DNA from: a virus
Length of the DNA: 64,000 nt
Reading direction: 5' to 3' (one strand)
Virus record (IMG/VR): IMGVR_UViG_3300031718_000001
Location: 32,001 to 96,000 of that record
A program made the translations under genes and the position numbers. The number at the start of each line of letters is the position of its first letter. The stretch's first letter is position 1. Positions 23,675 to 33,673 of this stretch are shown piece by piece. The notes beneath the pieces are model-generated. The model was not told the DNA's origin. It saw only the letters and a list, made by a program, of their open reading frames with translations, and did not search any database.

Positions 23675-24075
23675 GGCTGTTCCTCCTTGACCTGCATTCC
23701 GTTGGCCAGCCGGCGGTAGGTCCGCTGGCTGTTGACCCGCATCTTGCGGGCGACCGCCAGCGCGGCGTCGAAGCCGAGCATGTCGGTCAGGCTGAGCATG
23801 AAGATGAGCACGTCGCCGATCTCGCCCTCCACGTCGCCGGTCACCACGAGGACGGCCGGGGGCCGCCGCAGGCGCAGCGCGATCAGGATCCGGGCGAGCC
23901 TGCCCGGCCGCGGTGAGCGGCTCCGGCGCCAGGCATTGTGCAGCTCGCCCAGCTCCTCCAGCAGCAGCCCGAACTCGGACTCGATGTCGGTGACGTTGAA
24001 GCCCATCCGGCGCTTGTGCGCCATGATCTCCTGCTGGGCCGCGGCAAAGGTGATCAGCTCGTCGTATGGTGTCAT
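23671..24075 (-). CDS. MazG-like nucleotide pyrophosphohydrolase
   Basis: EELGEL and EIGDV motifs, K...N..R; start MTPYDE at 24075. Confidence 0.8.
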   Translation of the reverse strand: MTPYDELITFAAAQQEIMAHKRRMGFNVTDIESEFGLLLEELGELHNAWRRSRSPRPGRLARILIALRLRRPPAVLVVTGDVEGEIGDVLIFMLSLTDMLGFDAALAVARKMRVNSQRTYRRLANGMQVKEEQP

Positions 24076-24776
24076 CGCGCTCTCCTGTCCAGCGCGAGCA
24101 GCCACTCGCGCGCCTGATCGATGTGGGCCTCCTGGAGGCCCTCGTACTCGCTTGTCAGGATCACCAGGTGCGGCTGGCCGCCTGCCAGGTCCGCGGCGTC
24201 CTGGACGTTCTCTTCCTCGTCGTCGAACCAGGCGAACGGACGGCCCCCGGTGAACGGCACGATGCCCGCGGACTTGCACACGCGGTCCCCGTCCTCGGTG
24301 AGGTAGCTCCCGGCCGGGCTGACCGGCATGACGGGCAGGCCGAGCGCGGGCGCTGCCCACACGGCCGCCCACTCCTCGCGCATCGTGCCCCAGGCCAGCT
24401 CGGCTCCGGTTTCCAGGGCGAGCCGCTGCAACGACACGAGCACCGCGGGGTTCCAGAAGATCACCTCGCCCCACGGCCCGAACCGGCGCTGCCGCCAGCC
24501 GTGGTGATAGCACATGTGCCTCCGCCGCTTCGCGCTCGCGGTTACGCTCACCACGCCGTCGAAGTCGAGCAGCAGCCACGGCCGCGCTGAGCCCAGAGTC
24601 TGTCCGGGGCACTCAGGTGCCCTGCCGGGGTGCCAGGTATCTTCCGGGCCGAGGCGCCAGTCCCAGTGCCGGCCGGTGCCGACGCCGTACGTCTTCTGCT
24701 CCATGGGACAGCGCCTGCACGCGCGGTTCCTGGCAGCGTAAGGATCGCTGCCGAGGTAGTCCCAGGAATGCCGCAT
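24072..24776 (-). CDS. HAD-family (HAD_SAK-like) phosphatase
   Basis: LLLDFDGV motif I, LAWGT, FAWFDDE and GL motifs; probable leaderless ATG 7 nt after a TATCGT -10. Confidence 0.75.
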   Translation of the reverse strand: MRHSWDYLGSDPYAARNRACRRCPMEQKTYGVGTGRHWDWRLGPEDTWHPGRAPECPGQTLGSARPWLLLDFDGVVSVTASAKRRRHMCYHHGWRQRRFGPWGEVIFWNPAVLVSLQRLALETGAELAWGTMREEWAAVWAAPALGLPVMPVSPAGSYLTEDGDRVCKSAGIVPFTGGRPFAWFDDEEENVQDAADLAGGQPHLVILTSEYEGLQEAHIDQAREWLLALDRRAR

Positions 24777-24778
24777 GC

Positions 24779-27254
24779 CATTAACGATAGCAATAAAGCC
24801 TGTATTCGGCAATCTTCTTGCCAGCCCCACTGCCGCGCGTCCCTCCGGCCCGGATGCGGCCGGACGGCAACCCGCCCGGCCGCGGCCAGGTTCGCGAGGA
24901 TCGAGGTGATGACGTTCGTCCTGCCGTAGTGGCAGGCACCGTGCGACTGCGGGACCGGCTCGCCGAGGCGATCCCGAATCACCCGGGCCAGCTCGACCAC
25001 CGTGAACCAGCTCTGCGGGTACGCGCGCAGGTGGGACTCGATCATCCCCTCCAGCTCAGCCCGACGGCGCCGCTTGGCACACGGGCCGCCCAGGCGGACC
25101 CGTCCGTCGGCGAGGTCGCCTTTCATGCCCCGGGGAGATGGTCCACGTAGGCGGCCTTAGTCCGCCAGGACCGGTTGCAGCCAGGCGCGTTGCAGCTCAC
25201 ATGGGAGTAGTCCGAGGGCTGCCAGCGGTAGCCGTTGAAGGCGCTCGCGTTGCCTTTGCGCTGCACGACCACCCAGTGCTCGCGGTGCTCGCGCTGGCAC
25301 AGCCTGTGCGCTGCGGCCTCGACCGGGGTCATCGCGTACGGGTGATCGTCCCACATGGCTACTGGTCCTGCTCTCCGGCGATTATGAAGGCGTAGTGCAC
25401 TCCGGCGTCATCGACGAACTTCCCCGGGTCGCAGGGCTCGTCGGTCGATGAGCGGAGATTGGCGTGCTGCCGGGACATGGCCCGCATGCGCCACCGGAGG
25501 TCATCCGGGTCCTCGGCCTCCTCGGCCCATTCCAGCAGCGGCAGCGCCGCGGCGCCCACGGCCACCGGGTCGGCCCGCTGCTCGCGGGTGACCAGGTTGG
25601 CCGCGTACATCAGGATGGTGCTCCGGTTCTCGGCTCCGATCAGCACGCTCACATCGAGTTCCCTCCGGGCTCTTCATGAATCCCGCGGCCGGGGCGGACG
25701 CGCACGTCCACCTGCACAGGATCGTCGGAGTGGTACGCAAGCGTCCGATCGCCGAGCAGGATCTGGGGCGGGCTGGTGACTTCCCAGGCCGTGCCGCGGT
25801 AGACGATCACGTCGCCCTGCCTCGGGATGAACGGCACGGGGATCCCGAAGGCCACGTTCCGGTCTTCCTCGTCGGCCAGCGACAGGTGAGCGACTACTGC
25901 TGCCATCACTTCTCCTCCTCGGTGGTCAGCAGGGTGAACTCCTTGACCCCGGCGGGCCGGAACAGGCGCCAGCCCTCGCCGCGTATCACATAGGCGCACG
26001 GCACTTCGCAGTGCCCGAGCAGCAGGCCTTCTGTCGCTGGTCCGTGCGAGTCGATCCAGGCCTGGGCGTCGGCGACGCTGACGGGCCTCAAGGTCACGGT
26101 GGCCATCAGCCTGCTCCCTGGCTTGCCATCTGGTACTCGGGCAGCGGGATGCCGGGCTTGGCCTCGAACGCCCGCAGGTTCTCCTCGGCCGCCTCGTACT
26201 CCCGCTCGGCGTCGCGCAGGATGCGCACCGCGTCGATCCTGGCCTGGGCATAGGCCGCTGTCGCGGCCTCAAAGCGGTCACGCGCGGCTTCGTACGGATT
26301 GACCTCCCGCGTCTCCGCGAGGAGGGCCTGGGCCTCGTCAGCCGTCTTGAAGACGGCCGGGACCTTCAGCTCCTCGCCATCGTGCGGGTCGAACTCGAAG
26401 TCGCAGGAGCCAACCCAGCAGCAGTACGCATCGTCGGGGTTGATGACCAGGATGTGCTCATGGTCCTTCACAGTGACTCCTCGGAGTTCTTGGCGGCCTT
26501 GAAAGCCTTCAGCAGGTTGTCGCCGGACATCCAGTGCCCGTAGACCGAGTTGAAATACCAGGCCGAGGTGATGTGCTCCAGCGGGCAGCCCAGCTCGGTG
26601 ACTGCATCGATCGCGTTGTCGAGGCCGCCGGCCTCCAGCTCGTGCTGCATGCCGTCGGCAGTCGTGATCCGGAACTCCATCAGCTCTCCCTGGCCTCGTG
26701 CAGCTCGCACCGGCCTGGCCCGCCGCACCCGCCCGGGTGACGGGCCAGGTGCACCGCTGTGCCAGCGGCCAGCCAGTCGTCGCCGGCGGCCAGATCGGGC
26801 CTGGCTTCCAGCCAGTAGCCGCGTGCGATGGCGATACCGGCATCTTCCGGACGCCCGGACCACGGCACGGCGTAGCCCCACTGCCCGATGTGGCGCAGCC
26901 AGCTATCCCGCACCGACTGGTAAGCGCGCTCGGTGTGGTCGTAGCCGAGTGAGCTGATCCGTTCGATGGGCACGCCGTGCGCCAGGCACAGCGCCGCCCT
27001 GGCATCCGCGCGGGATGTCTCCCAGTCCGGGCCTTTCACGGCGCACACGTGCATCAGCCGGATCGCGGCGGCCATGGTCATCTTCATCCTTCGCCGCCGT
27101 CGCGGCAGATGCGGCGGCCGGCCTGGCGGGTGCGGCGGGTCACGCGGTTGCGGATCTCACGGCGCTCGCCGGGGCGGTAACGGCCGCGGCGGCTGGCGCG
27201 GGTGGCCAGGGCGTCCTTCTCGTCACCGGAGATCATCGGGGTGGTGCTGCGCAT
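24779..27254 (-). other. Run of small hypothetical genes (25123-25356, 25359-25652, 25906-26106, 26468-26680, 26680-27087, 27084-27254 etc.)
   Basis: Coupled minus-strand ORFs downstream of the promoter box at 27290. Confidence 0.55.
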
Positions 27255-27355
27255 CTCGGCCTCCTCGTCGCTTCCTTGCAAAATCCATCTTAGCAAGAAA
27301 ACCTGTATTGATGCAACTCCCGTCTGCCCCCGGAAGGATCAGGAAGGGGGACAAG

Positions 27356-27862
27356 TTGTTGAGCGAGGATCCCGACAGGCCCGGCATGATTCCTCCGTGG
27401 TGGACGGACCCCACCAAGAACGTCGAGACGCTGGTCGAGGCCTCCACCCAGAGACAGGATGACCTGCGGGAGGCCGGGATCAGCGCGCTGCGCCGGGAGA
27501 TGGAGCTGCGTGCCGACTACGAGGACAAGCTGCGCAGTGCCGAGTCAGCCCGGATCGACGCGATCCGGTCGGTGGACGTGGGGAACGTCGCCGCTGCCGC
27601 CCAGGTGGCGGAGACCCGCGCGAACACGCTGGCCCAGCAGGTCATCACGACCGCAGACGCCTTCCGGTCGGCCATGGCCGCGGCCCTGGAGCCGATCCAG
27701 AAATCGATCGAGGACCTGCGGCGGGCGCAGTACGAGGCCCAGGGCCAGAAGAGCCAGGTAAGCGACACCAGGCTGAACATGAACGTCATCATCGGCATGG
27801 CCGCGCTGGTGCTCAGCTCGATCGTCGTGGCCATCGCGCTGTACGCGGCCTTCCACAAGTAG
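27356..27862 (+). CDS. Coiled-coil protein with C-terminal transmembrane helix
   Basis: C-terminal part of ORF 26966-27862; TM IIGMAALVLSSIVVAIALYAAF; first gene of the plus-strand module. Confidence 0.65.
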   Translation: MLSEDPDRPGMIPPWWTDPTKNVETLVEASTQRQDDLREAGISALRREMELRADYEDKLRSAESARIDAIRSVDVGNVAAAAQVAETRANTLAQQVITTADAFRSAMAAALEPIQKSIEDLRRAQYEAQGQKSQVSDTRLNMNVIIGMAALVLSSIVVAIALYAAFHK

Positions 27863-27887
27863 CACCGCAGAAGGATTAGGAGGCGGC

Positions 27888-28508
27888 ATGCACACGGCAC
27901 CAGCGGGCCTGGGGACGCGCACAGCGCACGACCCGGGCGACCCCCTGATCACCTCTCACTGCCCGTTCTGCGGCTCCGGCCAGGTCGTCGGGCGCTCAGA
28001 CGGGACTATCTCGTGTGACTTCTGCGGCCAGAACTACATCGTCAGGGTCCAGCCTGCGTTCCCCGGCATGCCCCAGATGCCGAACGGGCCGGGTGCGCCC
28101 TCGGACATCGGTCCTGACGGCGGACTGGTTGATCCGGGCATGATCGGCCCAGACGGGATGCCTATGGACGAAGGCGGCATTCCGGGTGATGATGAGGGCG
28201 AGGACCCGGGACTCGCTGGCCCCGATGAAGGAGATCCTCTGGACGAAGGCGGAGGCGACGATAACGCGCCTCCGCCTTCGGGACCGCCTTCAGATGATGG
28301 CGATAGCAAGAAAGATTCTAAGCCATCATCCAAGGACAAAAGCAAGAAGTCCGGTAAGCCGCCATTCAAGAAGAAGTCGATCCGCACCTATCACGGCATC
28401 GGAGGCCAGGTCCTGACCGAGGACCAGTTCACCCGGCACATCGCGGTCGCCCTGTCCGGCGGCGACCCCCGGGTCCTGGCGGCCGTCCGCGCGGACGCCA
28501 GCCGGTGA
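27888..28508 (+). CDS. Zn-ribbon protein with acidic/Pro-rich linker (head-module hypothetical)
   Basis: HCPFCGSG...CDFC; AGGAGG SD. Confidence 0.75.
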   Translation: MHTAPAGLGTRTAHDPGDPLITSHCPFCGSGQVVGRSDGTISCDFCGQNYIVRVQPAFPGMPQMPNGPGAPSDIGPDGGLVDPGMIGPDGMPMDEGGIPGDDEGEDPGLAGPDEGDPLDEGGGDDNAPPPSGPPSDDGDSKKDSKPSSKDKSKKSGKPPFKKKSIRTYHGIGGQVLTEDQFTRHIAVALSGGDPRVLAAVRADASR

Positions 28509-29442
28509 GCGGCAAGTCCACTTCGACCGGCCTGCCGCCCGGCCTGCGGGTGCGCGGCGACATCGGCGACCGCGTGATCCGCAACGCCATGGAGATCCCG
28601 GTGCTCGCCGAGGTGACGGACGGGGTGTGGATGCCGCTGATGCCCTGCTCGACCTGGGAGCAGTGGCGCCAGCTCGCCCAGGCCATCCTGGATACGCCGA
28701 TGCCGGAGCTGGAGTAAGTACGCCCGTGTACGGTTACTGCCGCGATGATGACGTATTCATCGGCTTCGGTGCTGCCGGAGTGATCCGCCCGCCCGAGGAG
28801 CACGCCGGAGATCCAGCGTGGCTCGCTGACCACTGCTGGGTTTGCCTGCGGTCCAGGGCCGAGATCCAGGCAGCCTCGGCCGTATGATCAGCGGGTGAGC
28901 AGTCCGCTGAAGCTCTGCATCGCCACGCTGGCAAAGGACGAGCCGCGCGGGTTCGACAGCGCCATCATCAGCGTTCCCCGGCGCTGGTACCTCACCGTCG
29001 GCGACGAGCTGTGCTTCGTCGCCCAGCTCGCCGGGCGCGACCTCCGCGGACTGTCGGAGCGGCTTGCCGCAGGCATCGGCGAGCGGCTGCATCATGCTGA
29101 ATGGACGATCACCAGCAGCCCGGAAGACGTACGCACGCTCGGCCTGATGCACGACTGCACTTCATGCCGGGCCGGGGTGGACCAGGCGCTCGCGCTCCTT
29201 TCCGAGCATCCTGACACAGAGGTTGCCGTCGGTCAGCTCTGGTGGGCGTGATGGACCCGATCGGCCGGTTCATCGCCACGCTGCACAACCTCATCGGCCA
29301 CGACAAGGCCGCGGCTTATCTCGGCCAGCCCGCCGGCGATAAGCGCGACTGCGTGATCTGCCGCTACGAGAACCGCCCCGCCGACGCGAACCGCGCTGCC
29401 GTCATCGCGGCGCTCGCTCCTCCGGCCGCCCCGCAGAAGTAA
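28505..29442 (+). other. Small hypothetical genes (28505-28717, 28895-29251, 29251-29442)
   Basis: Coupled plus-strand ORFs. Confidence 0.55.
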
Positions 29443-29478
29443 TAGAGGGCAGGGCGCCCTCCGAGGAGGGCGCAGCCG

Positions 29479-31785
29479 GTGAGGATCGCCTACAGGGCCG
29501 GGGAAGGCGCCGCGCGCACCGCGAGCATGCAGCAGCTCTCGCGCGGGTTCGCCTTCGGGGCCAAGGGCCTGCGTGACGACCAGATGACCGATGAGGTCCG
29601 GGAGGCTCGCAAGAACCGGCGCGTCAACGCCCGACAGGGGATGCTCGCGCGGCGTACCGCCCTGGCCGGCGGGGCCTCGGCCGGGTTCTCGGACATCCAG
29701 TTCGCGACTGGCAGGCCGCGTGACCCGCTGTTCTACTGGCGTCAGAACAACTTGCCGTATGACTTCAGCCAGAACGAGGAGCTATCGAAGGTCCGGGCGT
29801 TCTGCCGCCTGCTGTACCAGACCGACCCCATCGTCGGTAGCTGCGTCGATATCTTCTCCAAGTTCCCGGTCATCGGCGCCCACCTGGAGTGCAAGGACCA
29901 GCGGCTCACCGAGTTCTACGAGGGCCTTTTCTTCGACGAGGACGGCCTCGACTACGAGGAGTTCCTCGTGGACATGGGCCGCGAGTACTACACCTCCGGC
30001 GAGGCGTGGCCTTTCGCGACGTTCAACGAGGACCTGGGGATCTGGGACGACGAGGAACTGCTGAACCCGGACGACATCAAGGTCGAGCGCTCCCCGTTCC
30101 TCAAGGAGCCGCGCTACTTCATCCGGCTGCCCTGGACCATCCGGCAGATCCTGACCACCCGGCAGCCCGCCTGGGAGTACAACAAGCTGATCCAGGAATA
30201 CCCGGAGCTGGCCGCCTACACGGCCGAGAACGCGTTCATGCCGGTCAGCAACATCCTCCTCAAGCAGCTCAGGTTCAAAGGTGACACATTCAACCTCCGT
30301 GGCCTGCCCCTTCTCACACGTGCCATGCGGTCAATGCTCCAGCAGGAGATGCTCAACACCGCGCTCGACTCGATTGCAGACCGGCTCTACACCCCCCTCA
30401 TCCTCTGCAAGCTCGGAGCCTCAGCCACAGACCTCGGCACTTCCGTACCCTGGATTCCCACCGACGATGACCTGGAGAACTTCGAGCTTGCCCTCGACGC
30501 TGCTCTGGCAGGCGACTTCCGAGCCCTGATCCACAACTTCGCGGTCGATATCCAGCCGGTGTTCGGCCGCGAGAACATGCCCGACCTCACCCCCGACTTC
30601 GAGCGGATCGAGGACCGGGTGCTCCAGGTGTTCGGGCTGAGCCGCACGTTCCTGATGGGCGCCCAGGAGGGCCAGACGTACGCGGCCGACGCGCTCAACA
30701 AGCAGCTCGTCGAGCAGCTCATGACCCAGTACCAGAAGTACCTCAAGAAGCACTTCCGCCAGCGCGCCATGGTCGTCGCCGAGGCCCAGGAGCACTACGA
30801 CTACGAGGAGCGCAACGGGCGCCGGTTCGTGGTCATGGAAGAAGTCCTGGAGGTAGACGAGGAAACCGGCGAACGGCGGATCACCGAGCAGCCCAAGCTG
30901 CTGGTACCCGAGCTGGGCTTCGCGGTGCTCAACTTCCGGGACGAGGACACCACCAGGCAGTTCACCGAGGCGCTGCGCGCATCCGGCATTCCTATCTCGG
31001 CCCGCACCCGGACCCGCGGGCTCGGCATGGACCTGGACGAGGAGCGCGAGCGGTCCCAGGACGAGGCCATCGCCGACATCATCGCCCAGGCCCGGACCAG
31101 GCGCCAGGCGTTCATCGAGCTGCGCAACGAGGGCCTGCCGATCCCGGCCGACCTCATGGCCGACTTCGCGCCGTTCGCCCAGCAGGAAGGCGTGCCCCCC
31201 GCGCTCGCCGCCGAACAGGTCATGATCGACCGGATGGGCATCCAGCCCGAGTCGCTGCCCGACCTCGCCCCGACACCCGAGGACATGGCCCAGGGCGAGA
31301 TGGCAGACGAGGAGATGGGCAACGCCCCGCCCGAGGGCGAAGGACCAGAGCCCGGCGAAGGCGGGATCGAGGACGACCCGCAGCGCCCGCCCGAGTCCGA
31401 CCAGGAGCGTGATCAGATGCCCAAGGCTGCCCGCAAGCGCAGCATGCCCAGGCAGGGCGCGCTGTTCCGGCGCACCGGGCGGGTCCGCCAGATGGCCGCG
31501 CTCGCCCGTGCCGTGGACGAGTCGGGCGAGGATGCCGAGCGCGCCCGGCGGATCGCCGCCGCTGCCGGAGAGGGGCAGGACGAGCAGGACCTGGCCGGGT
31601 TCATCCTCGAAGCGCACCTGCCCGAGTCCGAGGACCAGGCCCGCCGCGGCGACGCCTGGTACTCCGGGCCGAGCCTGCGGGCTTACCAGGCTCCTGCTCA
31701 CGTCGGGATCCGGTCACGCCTGGGCGTCACCGAGGAAGACAGCGACCTGCTCGACTACGACAGGTACGTCCCCGCCGCGCGCTAG
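29479..31785 (+). CDS. Portal protein (Bxz1/cluster C-type)
   Basis: Size, position upstream of the protease/MCP, and motifs FATGRPRDPLFYW, DIFSKFP, ADRLYTPLIL.KLG recalled from cluster C-like portals. Confidence 0.8.
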   Translation: MRIAYRAGEGAARTASMQQLSRGFAFGAKGLRDDQMTDEVREARKNRRVNARQGMLARRTALAGGASAGFSDIQFATGRPRDPLFYWRQNNLPYDFSQNEELSKVRAFCRLLYQTDPIVGSCVDIFSKFPVIGAHLECKDQRLTEFYEGLFFDEDGLDYEEFLVDMGREYYTSGEAWPFATFNEDLGIWDDEELLNPDDIKVERSPFLKEPRYFIRLPWTIRQILTTRQPAWEYNKLIQEYPELAAYTAENAFMPVSNILLKQLRFKGDTFNLRGLPLLTRAMRSMLQQEMLNTALDSIADRLYTPLILCKLGASATDLGTSVPWIPTDDDLENFELALDAALAGDFRALIHNFAVDIQPVFGRENMPDLTPDFERIEDRVLQVFGLSRTFLMGAQEGQTYAADALNKQLVEQLMTQYQKYLKKHFRQRAMVVAEAQEHYDYEERNGRRFVVMEEVLEVDEETGERRITEQPKLLVPELGFAVLNFRDEDTTRQFTEALRASGIPISARTRTRGLGMDLDEERERSQDEAIADIIAQARTRRQAFIELRNEGLPIPADLMADFAPFAQQEGVPPALAAEQVMIDRMGIQPESLPDLAPTPEDMAQGEMADEEMGNAPPEGEGPEPGEGGIEDDPQRPPESDQERDQMPKAARKRSMPRQGALFRRTGRVRQMAALARAVDESGEDAERARRIAAAAGEGQDEQDLAGFILEAHLPESEDQARRGDAWYSGPSLRAYQAPAHVGIRSRLGVTEEDSDLLDYDRYVPAAR

Positions 31786-31824
31786 CCCCAGAAGGTCTGA
31801 GGAACCGACCGGAGGGGAGCGCCC

Positions 31825-32016
31825 GTGATCCACGCGCAGTGCAAGAACTGCGGCACCTGGGCCATCATCACCGACGGCAGCGACGTGCACGCGGCCGTCG
31901 ATGCGAAGGGCTGCACCTGCTGCCCGATCGATCACGCCCACGGCCAGGCGGCCAACGAGACCGGCACCCCGTGCCGGCCGCTGCTGATCACCGCCATGGA
32001 GCCGGTGGAGGCCTGA
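31825..32016 (+). CDS. Small Cys/His-rich protein
   Basis: CxxC and CTCC..HAH motifs; strong SD. Confidence 0.6.
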   Translation: MIHAQCKNCGTWAIITDGSDVHAAVDAKGCTCCPIDHAHGQAANETGTPCRPLLITAMEPVEA

Positions 32017-32019
32017 GTC

Positions 32020-32430
32020 ATGACGATGATGGACCAGAACCGGGTCGCCTCGGTAATGAACAACATCCTTGAGGGCGGGTCGTTTTCTGCTTGGCCGACC
32101 GCACTGCACCTGCGGCTGCTGACCGCGATCGGCAGCAACACCTCCAACGGCACCGAGGCCACCTCCGGCAACTGCCCCGGCTACGCCGCCGGCGGCAACG
32201 CCATCACCTTCGGCGCTAACTCCTCCGGAACCTCGGCCAGCTCCAGCGCGCCCTCCTGGACCGCCACCGGATCCTGGGCCACGATCACGGCGATCGAGAT
32301 CTGGGACACCGCGGGCACGCCGCTGCGCTGGTTCGAGGGGGCGCTGACCGCCTCGATCACCGGAGTGGCCAACGGCGACACCGTGCAGTTCGCCACCGGG
32401 GCGGTCACGCTCAACGCCTCTACCTGGTAA
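32020..32430 (+). CDS. Virion structural (fibre-base-like) protein
   Basis: L.LLT...E...GY...ITF...IWD...G pattern typical of small beta-rich virion proteins. Confidence 0.65.
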   Translation: MTMMDQNRVASVMNNILEGGSFSAWPTALHLRLLTAIGSNTSNGTEATSGNCPGYAAGGNAITFGANSSGTSASSSAPSWTATGSWATITAIEIWDTAGTPLRWFEGALTASITGVANGDTVQFATGAVTLNASTW

Positions 32431-32446
32431 CGAGAGGAGCGCTCCT

Positions 32447-32794
32447 ATGGCGACCACCCCGCCTGCCCAGGCAGATATCGATGCCTGGTTCCAGGCAGCC
32501 GTCATCAACGGTGCCGTGAATCAGGTCTCTGAGAGCGCCGGCAGCCTGGCGTCGTTCTGGGTGGCTGCCTATACCCAGGACAACGGAGACGCAGAGTACG
32601 TCACCATTAACGACCCGACGCAGGACCCGGATTCGGCCACGACGTGCATCGGATTGGTCCAGCAGTACGGTGCGATCACCGTCAAGGCGTATGCCTTCAC
32701 GGTCTCGGTCACCGCCCCGGCCGCGGCGGATGCGGCGCTGGCAGACGCAGTACAGGCAGCACTGAACGATTCTGCCAACTGGGTCACGGAGTAG
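32447..32794 (+). CDS. Hypothetical virion-module protein
   Basis: GAGGAG SD; operon context. Confidence 0.65.
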   Translation: MATTPPAQADIDAWFQAAVINGAVNQVSESAGSLASFWVAAYTQDNGDAEYVTINDPTQDPDSATTCIGLVQQYGAITVKAYAFTVSVTAPAAADAALADAVQAALNDSANWVTE

Positions 32795-32829
32795 CCCCGG
32801 GCTGCACCAGCCTGCTGCGGAGGTGAGCG

Positions 32830-33672
32830 ATGTCCATCCTGACCGAGCTGTGGGCCAATCCCGAGTCGTCTACGACGGTAGCGGCGGCACAGACTGCCGT
32901 AGCCCAGGGCACCAGCCAGAACTGGACTATGGGCGGCGGGTACGCCGGCTTTCCTTCGGCCAGCTCCAGCGCTAACCCGCCTACCCAGTTCCACGTCATC
33001 GACCCCGCCGCACCGACCGAGATTATCGCGGTAACCAACGTGTCAGGCACCACCTGGACTGTCACCCGCGGAGCCGAATCCACCACCCCGGTCGCGCATG
33101 CGGCCGGGTTCTCCGTCCAGCAGGTAGTGACTGCCGGCGGCCTCAAGCAGCTTGTCCAGGGGCCGCCGTCCGGCGATGGGCTGGCACTCGGGACCGCTCA
33201 GGCGAACAGCTCGATCCTGTCCGTCGTCAACGCGACGACTACCCTGACGCTGGCGCAGATGACGGTTCCTGCTAACGAGGCCACCGTCAGCTCGATTTAC
33301 GAGATCGAGTGCTGGGGCCTGTTCACCACCGGGTCGAGCAACACCGTTCTCACCTGGACGCTGAGCTGGGGCGGCGTCACGCTGACGACCAATGCCTACA
33401 CGATGCCGGCCAGCGTGACCAACGGGCGGTGGCGGTTCAAGGGGTCCATCCAGGTATTCCCCGGCCCGCTGGCCGGAGTGAACGCGCGGCTGGAGATCGC
33501 GCCGTCCAGCTCGGTGGGCACTGCCGTCGCGGTCTACCTGCTCGGGAACAACTCGGATACCGGCCTTTCCATCACGACCAGCTCGTCGGAGGTATTCGAG
33601 CTGACGGCGGTCTGGACGACCGGGACGAACAGCCTCTACGTAACCGGCGGTAAGGCCTGGAAGGCGGCGTAG
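32830..33672 (+). CDS. Putative fibre/minor virion protein
   Basis: EII.VT......TVTRGAE.T...AH.AG motif; Ser/Thr-rich beta C-terminus. Confidence 0.7.
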   Translation: MSILTELWANPESSTTVAAAQTAVAQGTSQNWTMGGGYAGFPSASSSANPPTQFHVIDPAAPTEIIAVTNVSGTTWTVTRGAESTTPVAHAAGFSVQQVVTAGGLKQLVQGPPSGDGLALGTAQANSSILSVVNATTTLTLAQMTVPANEATVSSIYEIECWGLFTTGSSNTVLTWTLSWGGVTLTTNAYTMPASVTNGRWRFKGSIQVFPGPLAGVNARLEIAPSSSVGTAVAVYLLGNNSDTGLSITTSSSEVFELTAVWTTGTNSLYVTGGKAWKAA

Positions 33673-33673
33673 G